Positions 1-12,345 are shown, numbered from the stretch's first letter. The stretch: 52,539 nt of DNA from Octopus bimaculoides (GCF_001194135.2 NC_068986.1:111260279-111312817); one strand, 5' to 3'. The notes: generated by a model not told the origin, from the letters alone. Program-made: numbers and translations.

Positions 1-41
<41 letters not shown>
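1..41. repeat. (TA)n microsatellite
   Basis: Pure TA dinucleotide run at the window start. Confidence 0.98.
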
Positions 42-44
<3 letters not shown>

Positions 45-177
45 ATGTGACAATTAGTTGTTTGTCATAATAAAACTCAGAGTTTCGTATCCCGGGGTTG
101 AAGTCTGCTCCACCATCTCATCAATTAAGATTTTAAACAACTACAAATAATGCAATATGATGCGATTTCAAACCCTC

Positions 178-1199
178 TTAACGAGGCGTTTTCACCTCCT
201 GTTCATCGATATATCCATCAATATGTCTATCATCATCTTCAGTCCGCTTGAGTCCCTGTACCCCTGTACCATGCCTCATTCATGTACGAGGCATATATCA
301 TGTTAAGGTCAACCGGTCATGTGCAACAATCCTCTTTAAGTATTCTAAGCTTTTCCCACACGGACATCCTTATGACCTACACAGCTATCTGCGCGGGCCA
401 TTCGGGATCCCATGTGGAGGCCATGTCTACTGTCTCTTTATGTTCTTCTACTATTTTTTCCACCTCCCCGCCCTTGTAGAAAGTGAAAGGGGTACGTTTC
501 TGCCACCCGGGGGTGGCACAACGTCGGGACATGCAGACGGCACATCATCGTCCACTTGCAATGTCCCGTTCTTCTTTCTTTTTTTCTTTTCTTCCTGACT
601 TCGGGAGAGTGGAGCTCTTCCGCTTTGTCCGTAGTCTCTCCCCCACATCCCGAAGTCTTAGGGTCCTTCGGCGGGCAACCATTGTTGCCCGTTTCCTTCC
701 TTTTTAATCCTTTTTGCGTTGAGGAGGTTGAAGCCTACTCAATTACATCCATCTCTCCCTTTGACCGGGTAGGGGAGGTGGCTTCCAGTTCCAGGACCTT
801 ACCATGGACCTTGGGGCAATTCTTTTTAATGTGGCCTGGCTCCAGGCACATGTGACACCAGAATGCAAGGTTATTTGGCGTAAAAAACGTCACACAGAAT
901 TTTACCCCCCAGAAAGTCTTCAACAAAATTCTCAATCTGCCGTTATGGGGGCTCGAACACGCCCACCAACAACGAGGTACACAATATTTTTTCTCACTAA
1001 AGTGAGCTACAGTTTAAAGCCGTTAGGCAGGAACTTACTGAAAAAAAAGAAAACAATAAATTCCTGCCCAACTCGGAGGACAAAAAAAACGACTCACCTT
1101 GGAACCTTTTTTTGTCGTTCTTTTTTCTATTCACGGACCCGAAACTTGCGTCATCTCTCTCTGTAAGCAACAGACTAACTAGCGAGGCATGCACCGTCC
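178..1199 (-). mobile_element. Decayed ORF1/Gag-like non-LTR retroelement, no RT visible (element E1)
   Basis: Minus strand encodes CHMCLEPGHIKKNC (CX2CX4HX4C knuckle, 816-857). A Lys/Glu/Ser-rich linker and a C-terminal block (FYKGGEVEKIVEEHKETVDM...WEKLRILKED) follow, broken by stops and frameshifts. No EN/RT motifs before the (TA)n at 1-41. Boundaries approximate. Confidence 0.7.
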
Positions 1200-1234
1200 G
1201 TAAGCAAGCTACTTACCACACAGCCACTTCTCCT
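1200..1234 (-). mobile_element. 5' head of tRNA-derived SINE, truncated by E1
   Basis: Reverse complement AGGAGAAGTGGCTGTGTGGTAAGTAGCTTGCTTAC matches the head of the SINE at 47056 (AGGAGTGGTTGTGTGGTAAGTAGCTTACTTAC). Confidence 0.8.
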
Positions 1235-2001
1235 ATGATAACCTCTATTTCTCAGAGATGACGGAGATGGTGTCATCTCTACTAAAACTTTCTTAATACA
1301 CCCTTATTGCGTTCACTCTTTCTGTCACTACACTCTTCAATGTTCACAGTCTTTTCTTCCCAGAAACTCAGCTTGATAGAATTCAAGATCTTTTCATATC
1401 TTCTCAATAGGTATTGATTGACAAGAGACCAAGAGGCATCTTAGTGACACATACGCTAACCTGTCCCTGTTGCCCTGGGATTTCGTGGAGATTGTTTGGT
1501 TTTCTGAACCTTTAAAACAATTTCTCTCTCTCTGTTTCTCTCACTATAACTTCCATTCTCTCTCTCTATTTATATTCCTATGTGCACATCTGTGCGTGTG
1601 TCTGTGTATGTGATTGAACGCATTTTCGCATTTATTTCCTAGCATGGGGATTTTATAACTACTCGTGTACTACGGTCGACATAATCTCATCTTCCCTGCT
1701 GCAAAATTAGAGTATTGTGCCATTATAACAAATCACTATTCTCGATATGAGCATTATAAGAAATCATTATTTACGATATAAACAAAGTGATAGCAATGCT
1801 AAATGCAACTGTTCTATGACATCGGTGTCTGAAATTACGAAAGCTTGTCTCTTTTTGACATAGGCGATACAACTTCTTTTCCTCACATCTGTACCATATG
1901 TCAAACTTTTTCTCCAAACTAACATATCTATGAATACCTTTTGGCCGCGGCTTGCATCCTTGTAGAACTCTATACATCCATTTTATATGTTTTTCACTCA
2001 C

Positions 2002-2041
2002 CGATAGAGAGATCGATTTTTGTTGTCGCACGATCTGCCAT
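2002..2041 (-). CDS. Candidate short first coding exon (MADRATTKIDLSI+G), product unknown
   Basis: ATG in good context (ATTATGG) followed by 13 codons and a strong donor CG|GTGAGT. No homology recognised. Confidence 0.2.
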
Positions 2042-2821
2042 AATTATCAGTCAAATACTAAAACTCGGCAAATACGAGACTGCAGTTTCACAATGTATAC
2101 ATTTAAGATAATGTATTCTGTGACGTAGAATATCTATAAGGTAATTCAATACGTGATAATTGTTATTCATTTCATCGCAGGGCCGCTGGATCATTACTTA
2201 TTCAGAATTAATCAAAAGTAATCACGAAAAAATAATAAAAAAAGAAAGACATAAAAGTGTAATAGATAAACAACTTGCAATATGTAAATTGGAACAAACA
2301 TTTTCAAGTTGAAATAGTAATGGGTATCAATGGACGTTCTTCTCCGGAACAATTTGAATTTCGGGTTCTGGAAATCAAAAAGTGAGGGATGAAAAGTATT
2401 GACGTCCCGGGTGTAAAGTGATCACCGAAGTTAAAAGAGACAAATCATGTAAAAAATTAAATTTTGGTTTTGTTATCTCATTGACATTCATCGCAAGTTT
2501 ATAATTTAGAAAATGGCAGACTATAAACAAACAGCCATGCACACATATATACGTACACACAAAACACACACATACACATATACATACATACTTAGAAGCA
2601 TACGTACGTATGTATATATGTAATCAGACTTTATCTACAAGAGTCATTTTATATTAGAAATATCTGTATTTTATTGCAACATTATGACATGTTGTGTATT
2701 GTTTTATGTTTGCTGCACACTACTTAAGAAAGCTGAACACATTATTGCGACGTTTCTGAAAATAGATGAACAGACCGTTTGAAAAAATCGTATATGTTAA
2801 CCATTAATATCTCTTTTGCAG

Positions 2822-2925
2822 AGATAAGTCCAACCACAGACGTATCGGCTAGCAAACGTCATCTGGAAGATTTGGCAGACGCCACTCCTCTGGGTTATTT
2901 GATACGCCATAGTTATCAAATGTAA
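2822..2925 (+). CDS. Candidate terminal exon (xISPTTDVSASKRHLEDLADATPLGYLIRHSYQM*), product unknown
   Basis: Acceptor TCTCTTTTGCAG|, one open frame (phase 1) to TAA, higher GC than the flanks. No homology recognised. Confidence 0.2.
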
Positions 2926-3730
2926 TTATCCAGAAACAAGTTTATTAATCTTTCATCGACTGATGCAGCAAATTCCGGATTTTCCTTTCGGATATTTATT
3001 CATTGATTAATGTGTGCGTATTTATTTATTATTTTTTCAAAAATTGAATTATAATTACGGCATAAATTCAGATTATATATCCTCTAGTGAAAGAGTGCAT
3101 TACTCACTAGCAATTAGTCATTGCAAATTATGGTCAGAATACATAACTAAAATAATCCATAGTCTCCTTATATTTCAAAGTCCCTTTATTCGATTTTGTA
3201 TGCGATTTCCTTTGATGTCGATTTAGTAGTGAAAACCGACATATTTTATTGTATTCGTTTTGTTTTCTTTTCGCTTATTCAGATATTGCTTAAAATACAT
3301 AACAAATTATTCAACATAAACGAATAAATATTCTCCTGTGTACCGCTAGACACACACATACACACATTCACACACACAAATATATACTTGTGCACATACA
3401 TAAGTATGTGTGTCTGCAAGTTCATCTGTGTGTGTGTGTGTGTTTGGATGAATAAATGTTGAAAGTAACATGAAAAATAAATATTAAAAGATGAAAAAAT
3501 AACACACACGCACGCTTATATATATTTGTATAGCTATTTCTAAAGAACTATGTCATTCCAAGTATGTTTGCTTGTAAATATAGATAATTGCATATCGTAG
3601 CTTAGATATGTAAGTTTCATATGCGTATGAGCGATATACATACATACATTCATACACACAGACACAGACACACAGACACACAGACACACACACACATGCA
3701 CACATGCACACATATCACATCACCGAATTT

Positions 3731-3764
3731 TTTACATGAACTACCAGCAATGTCATCTACTGCA

Positions 3765-3807
<43 letters not shown>

Positions 3808-4050
3808 TCACTGTACATTGGTGAAACGGTACGCCACTTCACCGACCGGTTCACTGAGACATCAGAGTAGACAATGACACCACGGTCTGACACCACTTCC
3901 GCTCAACCGATCATTCGCTACAACATCAGTCTGTGTTTGAACAGTCTTTGTACAGGGGCCATCCAGGCCTCTACCGTGCACAAGAATTAATCTTTTCCCA
4001 TCATTACTTTGATCCCCATGGACATAGATCACCACCTCTCTTCATCTAAC
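3731..4050 (+). mobile_element. Penelope-like element 3' fragment, GIY-YIG endonuclease remnant
   Basis: Translates as FT*TTSNVIYCIS-[(CT)n]-LYIGETVRHFTDRF..., i.e. the VIY...YIGET.R...RF motif. C-terminal LIF...PHG-like residues follow, with frameshifts. Confidence 0.8.
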
Positions 4051-4223
4051 ACAAACCCACACACCTCCCACTTTTAAATATCCTTCCCTCCACCGCCATA
4101 ATTGTACACCACTTAATTCAGTACTATCACCAGTGACACCATTATGCAAACACCCATACACAATGTTTAGCTTAGTACTCACACCACAAATCATTATGTA
4201 CACCCCCCACACAAATATATATA

Positions 4224-4368
4224 NNNNNNNNNNNNNNNNNNNNNNNNNNNNNNNNNNNNNNNNNNNNNNNNNNNNNNNNNNNNNNNNNNNNNNNNNNNNN
4301 NNNNNNNNNNNNNNNNNNNNNNNNNNNNNNNNNNNNNNNNNNNNNNNNNNNNNNNNNNNNNNNNNNNN
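4224..4368. other. Assembly gap (N)
   Basis: N run flanked by (TA)n. Confidence 1.
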
Positions 4369-4389
4369 ATATATATATATATATATATA

Positions 4390-4705
4390 GGGCGAAACAA
4401 ATGCATCCGGGTTCTGTCCCGCTCCACAGTAGTTTGGCCTGTACATGGATTTATTAGACGGAATTTCTCTGTATATTTGTGTGTGCTTTTGTGTCTGTGT
4501 TTGAACCCACCATCGCTTTACAACCAATGTTGGTGTGTTTACATCACAATAAATATAGCGGTTCGGCATAATACACCGATTGAATAAGTACTAGACTGAC
4601 AAAGCATAATCCTGGGGTCGATTTCTGCGAATAAAACCCTTTAAAGTAGTGCTCCAGCATGGCCATAGTCAAATGACTGAAACAAGTCAAAGAATAAAAG
4701 AATAG
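4390..4705 (+). mobile_element. tRNA-derived SINE, near full length, tail ...TGACTGAAACAAGTCAAAGAATAAAAGAATAG
   Basis: Body motifs shared with the SINE at 47056 (GGATTT..TAGACGGAA). The tail is shared with copies at 20905-21000 and 34434-34480. Confidence 0.8.
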
Positions 4706-4735
4706 ACTTACACCTATATATATGTCTGTGCGTAC

Positions 4736-4738
<3 letters not shown>

Positions 4739-4776
<38 letters not shown>
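4739..4776. repeat. (GT)n microsatellite
   Basis: Pure TG run. Confidence 0.97.
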
Positions 4777-4777
<1 letters not shown>

Positions 4778-5399
4778 TCTGAAGGGTGAGAGAAAAACCG
4801 ATTTAGCGGGGGATGCTGCGTATGTCAGCAAGAGTTATTTCATGTTATCGCAACAGAAAGTGATTTGCATGCGCCATTAATACTAAATGCGTACAACATT
4901 GATGTCTGCAACTGTGACAAAAGTGTTGCTATTTAGATTAGATGTTACACTTCTTTTATGTTATATTTGGTAATCCACTGGAAAAGTGTTGAATAGATAT
5001 TTGCGGATAGTTGAATACCAGTTCTCCTTTCACCCTGCACATTACGCCGTCTAATTCATGCATGGATGGTATTGAGATTGCAATATTTAAATCCATTAAA
5101 ACTATAAAAGTTCCAAGAAGGAAAATCTGCCAAATGTTTGAATATCCCACTTACACCGCACACGAACGTACTGCTTACATAACCCGGCCTGTAAAACATT
5201 CACTACATTTGAAATATGCACCAAAACATCGACTTTGGGGGTCTTGAAAACAAGTATATCTATTGTTGCTTGGAATACTAGAAATAGGAAATTTATTCTG
5301 AAAATGATAATACTACGTGTTCCCTCAGTTATACCGTCATGAAAATGGTATAAGCTCTATATAGAAAAGCACATTATATAAATGATACACGACGCACTC

Positions 5400-6930
5400 C
5401 TGTTCCCGCTTTCAATGTAAACACCTAACATCCATTAAAATTGTGGTTAATTGTTTTATCTCTCTCAACACACAACATACAAAGTGGGGGAGTTACTGAC
5501 TTGTCAAGGCTGAATTTGATATAATTCGTCCTCACTGCCTCTTGGGCTTCAAAGAGATTCAGTTTGAACTTGCAGTTTGAACTTGCAACACTTTCAGGCA
5601 TTTCCCTCAAGAATTGACAATATACTTTTGTGTCATTCCATCTATTCAACTTATCTCTGCCACGAATCTCACATTTAAATATCATGAAAATGTTCATACA
5701 TATTTCACAGCTGAGAACTTTTCTGCCTCTCTGTCGCGATAGACACAACCCGTCCACATCACTTTTGGGGTGTAGAGCCCTTTGTAGTGTCATCATTTTC
5801 TAGACCTTTCTATCAAATTCTCCACTCTATCACACCAGCATTATATCTTAGAGCTACCTCAGCTCATGTTTTGACAACTAGTATCTTATTCCTACCCGTG
5901 AACTTTGCCTTTAACTCTAATATCAGTCTCCGGTTACATTCCTTTGATAACAGGTCTTTCATTTCCTTCTTTTTGATTTCGTCTGTTTCTTGGATGTCGA
6001 AGTACTTAACACCTGTTGTCGTCACTTACCTCCATAACGTGACCGTCTGTTAATATAGTTCTTTGTATTTCATAAATTCCACCAGAAGACACACTGTGGC
6101 ATTCGGAGATTGTCTGCACTAATCCCATGTCCCTAACTCCCGTATCTCTTCTTTGGTAGATACTGTCGGTATCACTATTCTGGTGCAGATATCAAGTTGA
6201 TGTTAGTCTCTTGCGGACTTCAATGCTTTTGGAGTGGATTTCTTCTGCCGACCAGTCACGTATCCCAAATGTTGGAATCAAAACTGGTACTACAAATTCA
6301 TTATGGGATATTATCCTGTAAGAGAAGTATTTTGTCTGCCATACTCTTCTAAGCCTTGTCTAATATTTTTGGGTCTCTCTATCTTTATTACCAGTACCTT
6401 GGTATGATATATTTTCACCAACGTTAAGGTACTTGTAACATTCTTTGTGTAGGACAGGAGAGATAGTGTGACCATTGATGAACACGTTTTGTATCTGGGA
6501 GACCGATTTCCTTCGTTTAACAATTAAATAAGAACATTTCATCTGGCCAAAATCCAATCCTGTGTCAGCTGAAATTATTGTTATTAATTCCAGTTGTGTT
6601 TGACCTTCTTAACATTTTTAGTATAAATACTAGGGCCATACACAAAGAAATTATGGGTTACATTAATATATCTTGCAGTTTTAGACACTAACATGTAGAC
6701 ATTTGTATCTTGTAGCACGAATCATTATGGGTTTAACATCAACTTCAACAGAAGTGCAGAGAGACTATCACCTTGGAATATTCCTTTTGAAATATTTATG
6801 GCATTGGAGACGATCGTTCCACTTTCTGTTCTAAGTGTAATGATTGTGTCCTAAGTCTTTGTGAGCCTCTCAATGTCATCAGTTAACGTAGCAGGCAAAA
6901 TAGAGACACTTCAGCAGCCATGACTACGGA
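5400..6930 (-). mobile_element. R4/Dong-clade LINE, RT and post-RT region (pseudogenised, both ends truncated)
   Basis: Ordered minus-strand motifs: KGIFQGDSLSALL (RT domain 4), FGQMKC, CYKYL, FVVPVLIPTFGI..W, LHPKSDVDGLCLSR..GR, YIKFSLDK....LCMLC....TINH..NGC (start of the CCHC finger). Confidence 0.85.
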
Positions 6931-6944
6931 ATCCAGTCATAAGC

Positions 6945-6955
6945 ATGTATGTATG

Positions 6956-6984
<29 letters not shown>
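6945..6984. repeat. (ATGT)n microsatellite
   Basis: Tetranucleotide run. Confidence 0.95.
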
Positions 6985-6986
<2 letters not shown>

Positions 6987-8639
6987 GAGAGATGCTATGA
7001 ATAAGTGAATGTGACTCAGCTGTAAAATGAATCTCTAGTATCTATTTCCTCCATTTTACTTTCTGAAAATCTGATCCTATGAATATTCACCAGGATTATG
7101 CAGAAAAGTTTCTATTCTTCAGCAAAAAATTCAATCTGTTTATTTATATTTTTTTCGCTCTTTCCTATTATTATCCGTCTTCTTTCTTTTTTTTTTACAT
7201 TGAAATATTTAATTTATTCTCATTGCCGTCTCTTCATTACCAAACATATCCTATTATATACGTGTTCTTCGTCGTCACATTTACATGATACCGTAGTATG
7301 GGCCGTGTTTTTTAATGTATGAAATAAAATAATTCCATATTTTAATTCACTACAAAAAATCAAATTTTGCCGTTCAGTTTCTCTGCATATATTAACAGGA
7401 GCTATTTTCAGAATGATTAGATGGCAAATTCTCCATAAATAAATAAACAAACAAATAAATAAAGGAAAAAAAGTGACTTCTCTCACAGATACCAAAAAAA
7501 CATTTTTGTTTCCATTCTATAGACTTTCGCGATTGTAGTTGTTTAGCACGAGTGCCATTCGTATGTAAAATTAGTATGGAAAATTCTGACAATGGTATAT
7601 GAATATTACAATGAAATCAATAATAAATATAATTTAATACGTGTATCTAGATATCTATTTTGACTGCACCATATTAGAAATGTTTGTTGATTTTTAAAAT
7701 CGATTCTATATTTTTGAAATGTGTTTTCTCAGAGTGATTACCAAAACATTAGATACACTTTGGGAATATATTTGTTTGTTGATACATAGATGACCACTAT
7801 ACAAATGCACAACAAATATTTAGACACTCCAATTTTCGTCGTTTTCCCTTCGTGAAATTAATGGTCATGTTGCTGGTGATTTTGCAAACATGTTCACCCT
7901 AAATGCAATGAGAGGTTGAATTAATGTCAGTAGAATGTGATGAGGCAGAGCCTTTGAAATAGGTATTTATGTGGTATAGTAAATGTACAGATATATTTAC
8001 TGAGCGAGATGTCCTACTATGTCGATCGGGAGAAGATGGCAGCCTGACAGAATCTGAGCAATTCACCGATACTATACTAAATACTTTATTATTTATAATT
8101 CCTTTCTGCAGTTCTTTTATGAAAGGGAACATAAAGTTATATGTTTCTTTACATGTATATCTTAACGCTACAAAGATACACAACTTTTGCTAAATTTCAC
8201 CACAACACATTCATAATGCTAAAACATTAAGTGATACGCTTTAATCTTTCTCATGTAATAGAGTTTAAAATAAGAGCTTTTATCAATCGATATTACCCAA
8301 GCAACTGAGCAAACCTCTCTTTAGTATCGCTTAATAAAATATAGAAATGCAGTAAGAAAGAAAGGAAATATTGCAGCAAAACCAGTCGATGGAAGATTTG
8401 GGCAATTCAGGCAATGCAGTTTGGTAGGAATGCGCTTCGAAAGTTAACTGTTGAAAGAAACGAGCATGTCGATTGCCATAAGGTAACCTGAGTGAAGCAT
8501 AACCCACCGCCAAATGAACAATGTTAGTGGGTGTGGGATGAAAAGTTTATAAGGTGACTGTGATAGAATTATGTTAGAGCTGTGATATCTTGCATGCATT
8601 AATTTCAACTGATATTCGTAACTGTTTTCTTTCTTTCCA

Positions 8640-9760
8640 GTTAAACTTATATTTGGCTGTTTCAAGAAGACATCAAAAGTAACTAGTAGCGACTTTTGTT
8701 TAAAATGGACAGTTTGTCATCGTGGTATAATCAAGGACCTGCTGAGGTTTATACTTCAATATAGTCCCTGTTGCGGTTCACAGACGTCTTCAATTGGTGT
8801 TGCAGTCCTGTAATAAAACTGGTGAAGACTTCATCCTGTTGGTAAAAAAAGTCATCAACTTCAAATATGATATTATCATTGCTACAATGCTGGCTCCCAG
8901 TTAAGTGTGTGTTTTGTTAGTCGTGGAACAGAGGATATACAAATTGGGCCACAATTGTCCAATTTCAAGACAAGTCTCTAATAGTCACTTTTGAAGAATT
9001 TTAATTTGAACAGTCTGAACAGAAACAATACAGTTATTAATAAAAATAAATAGGTTAAAAGTAATGCATGCAAGCATTCACGGTTCTATCAGTCTATGAA
9101 CTATTTCTCCCATCCTCCTATTAACAAATGTAAAGGATTTTAGAATAGTCACGGAAAGAGGACATGTTTATCAGTAATTTTATTAGTGATACTTGAAATA
9201 TTAATTCAGAGTACAAAGCGCAGCGTTAGTGTACTTAGAATTGATGAGAGAGGAAATGTTGATTCCACACGTTATGGGTCAAACGACTGGGAATAAATAA
9301 ATCAAGATAAGGGCTTTTCCTCGGAGAAGAGAACTAGTGAGAATAAGGGTAATAAATTAACTGGATAATTGAGCTAACACATGTGAATGACAGAGTGCAT
9401 CCAGATGCAAAGAAAATCTTCATGTTTTAACTTCGACTGGCAGGAAGTCATGTCTTGAATCTGAATTGTTTAAATCTTTATACTGACGCTGGATATTGTC
9501 AACAACATGGAATTTAGAGGAGTAGGTATAATTTATTTAATCCAAACCAATAGGGAGAATGATACCGATTTTATATACATTGGAATGACAGTTGCGAGAT
9601 CCTGGATTCCTTTGTTAGAAATGTCTTTCCATTTGATGAGGTGAATTTCGGATAGCAAGCTTGAAATAAGAGAATTCAATTTCCGTTTTTCACTGCAATT
9701 CAGATGCCTTGTTGCACAAATTTACACTAACGTGCATAGAATATTTCGGTCGTGTAAAGT
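8640..9760 (-). mobile_element. Highly decayed LINE RT remnant (clade uncertain)
   Basis: Weak motifs in the expected order on the minus strand: WIK.IIP, SQSFD, CSNDNII (YADD-like), GLQHQL, GL..INLSRS. Many stops and frameshifts. Confidence 0.35.
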
Positions 9761-10370
9761 GTGATTTAGCTTGAGCAAGTATTTCTTTTTTCATCATATC
9801 GTAGTTCATTTGTTAATGGCTGCTGACGGTGTCCTTCTCTGCATGACAGTTTTTCTAAAATTTAATAGAAAATAAAGAAAGATGCAATTACCATAGCAGA
9901 AAACCAAAAGGGATTTCGCCTCAGCGCAAATTAAAAATATTGACATTCAACTAAAATCCTTCAATATTTCCACCCTAGAATTATAGACGAGTAATTTAAT
10001 CCTAAGAATATTGTCACTTAGCAATTAGATACAACTCAGAAATGAAGATGATTGGAGGATTTTTGTTTCGTCACTCATTTATTTATTTATTTATTTATTT
10101 TCAATGTCAGTTTCTAAAAAAAATAGCATCGTGTGTTACAAGTCTTGAAGGAGAGATGTACGGTTTGTTTGAATGAATTTGATAGTAAATGAGGAGCATT
10201 TAACGAGACGTAGGAGAAAGACTTTGAAGTATGAGAGTTTCGATTCTCTCCATGTTCATTAAATGCTTGAGCGATTGAAAAGTGACGAAAATTACACGCA
10301 AAAACATATTTAAAAAACCCAAAATAGACAGCACACGCAGGCGCTATGTATGTATGTATGTATGTATGTA

Positions 10371-10414
<44 letters not shown>

Positions 10415-10544
10415 CACATAAGTCATTAGATATATCTGTGCGTGGTGTGCGCGTGTGTGAAGATATGTATGTATGTGTGTATTACGTATGCATGCATGTG
10501 TTCATGGAATCGCGTGTTCTAATGCTTTGAGTGCTGCACATATA

Positions 10545-10595
10545 ATACTATGATTGAGGGTTCGATTCCTGGAACCGGGTGGTACCTTGTGGCAC
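10545..10595 (+). mobile_element. SINE head fragment with B-box GGTTCGATTCC
   Basis: B-box followed by GGTACCTTG, resembling the GGCACCTTGG of the 47056 SINE. No cloverleaf. Confidence 0.5.
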
Positions 10596-10608
10596 AATAT
10601 ATATACAT

Positions 10609-10664
<56 letters not shown>

Positions 10665-11004
10665 GAACGTATGTGTGTGTGCGTGTGTGCCGTAAAAACC
10701 ATGGGAAAAAGTAAATTAAAATTGACGCTTAGATTTTCTTCGCGAATATTATCTTTATTCATTTTGATTCGTTTACCATTAATGTAACCTTTCAACAGTT
10801 TAATCTGTCTTATTCTGTATTGCCATTAAACTGACGTTTTAAATACTGTACTCAACGGTATTACTTTCATGTTGTACAGACGAGACGTAAGAAAACGTTT
10901 CATTAACTCTAGATGTAGTTTATATCATTTATTTCCTACGTACGTTTCACTGTTTGTATTATTGACATCTCGTTTAACAAGTGAATTCAAAATTCTACTC
11001 GATA

Positions 11005-11210
11005 TCCCCCGCCCTAAAACAGGTTTTCAAGGAAGGTGGGGATGAGTCGATTAGATCGACCACAGTGCGTAACTAGTACTTATTTAATCAACTGGAAGGA
11101 TCAAAGGCAATATAGACGTCGGCGGAATTTGAACTCAGAACGTAGATGCAGAGAAAATACTGATAAGAATTTCACCAGGCGTGTTAACGATTCTGCCATT
11201 TCGCCGCCTT
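11005..11210 (-). mobile_element. tRNA-derived SINE (AAGGCGGCGA...GTTCAAATTCCGCCG... family)
   Basis: Reverse complement aligns with the copy at 42880-43062; B-box GAGTTCAAATTCC. Confidence 0.85.
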
Positions 11211-11459
11211 AATCGAGGTTGTAATAATGGTAGATAAAATTGTAGGATTCAGAGAAGTCAGCCGCTAGTCTCCGAGCGTTAGTGAGATCATGCACTGAAG
11301 GCGTTGAAGATATTGTTAGTAAACACCTGAGAGTATTAGCTTAGGTTAGGTTGAAGACTAGCTCTAGATTCTAGACAAGGTCGGAAATATTGAAGGAAAC
11401 TGATGAAAGTTGAAACCGAGTTCTACAAGTGTTAAATTACTTCTTCAGATTTGTTTCAA

Positions 11460-11760
11460 CATAGCATATATCTCCTTGAAAAAGTAGTTTTTCAAGATGG
11501 GATGGGGAGTAAGCAAAAATATCACGATTGTTTGTACTTCGCTTCCTTCAATGCTACCGGTATGATGCCATTCGCTTGTTTGACATCAGCTCTTAGAATT
11601 TCATTACCGCAGTTTATATTAAAATGCAATTTTGGCATTTTTCTTCTCAAATGATTTTTCAAGATGGGAATTATACCGAGATCCAACAGTTGTAAAGCAG
11701 CAGTGTAATTTGGCGAAAGATTCTACACACAGCACATTCTCTCGGTAAGGTAATTTGCTA
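11460..11760 (-). mobile_element. pogo/Tigger (DDE_1) transposase remnant
   Basis: Minus frame NLSPNYTAALQLLDLGIIPILKNHLRRK...VKQA.GII..A resembles the pogo/CENP-B motif LPPN.T..LQP.D.GII..K..YR. Confidence 0.6.
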
Positions 11761-11842
11761 CATAGAAAAGAGCTGAATGCAAGCGTGCCTCGAGAGGAAA
11801 CATTAACCAACATTGTTGATCAAATACATACAAGTTTAAATT

Positions 11843-11909
<67 letters not shown>

Positions 11910-12345
11910 CGTGTAAACATAAGTAAATATTAATGTTTGATTCTTGCATTTTTTGTATAGAAATGTTGAAATCTAATAGCTTTTAGTAGTATGCATTTTT
12001 TATTTATTTTTAAAAGAAGCTCGACAGTAACTTACAAGTCGCTGTTAACATTTTTGCCGATAAAGGTTTACACATACGTGTGTCTATGTGTGTGTGTGTG
12101 TGCGCGCGCATGTGTGTTTGAAAGCGAGAGTATATTTTTGTGATTGTGGTTGCGAGGCAAACATCCATTAACAGGTCGCTTATCATTCAGTAAAACAGAA
12201 CTGCACTACAGGTTGTCATTATAGTAACATAAATACAGATAAAAACACAACAGGCAGTTTCCAAGAACAACAGTAACGTTGACTAAATTGATAATCATCA
12301 ACAAGTAACTTGAATTTCCAGAGACTCGATGCCACGTCTATTAAT

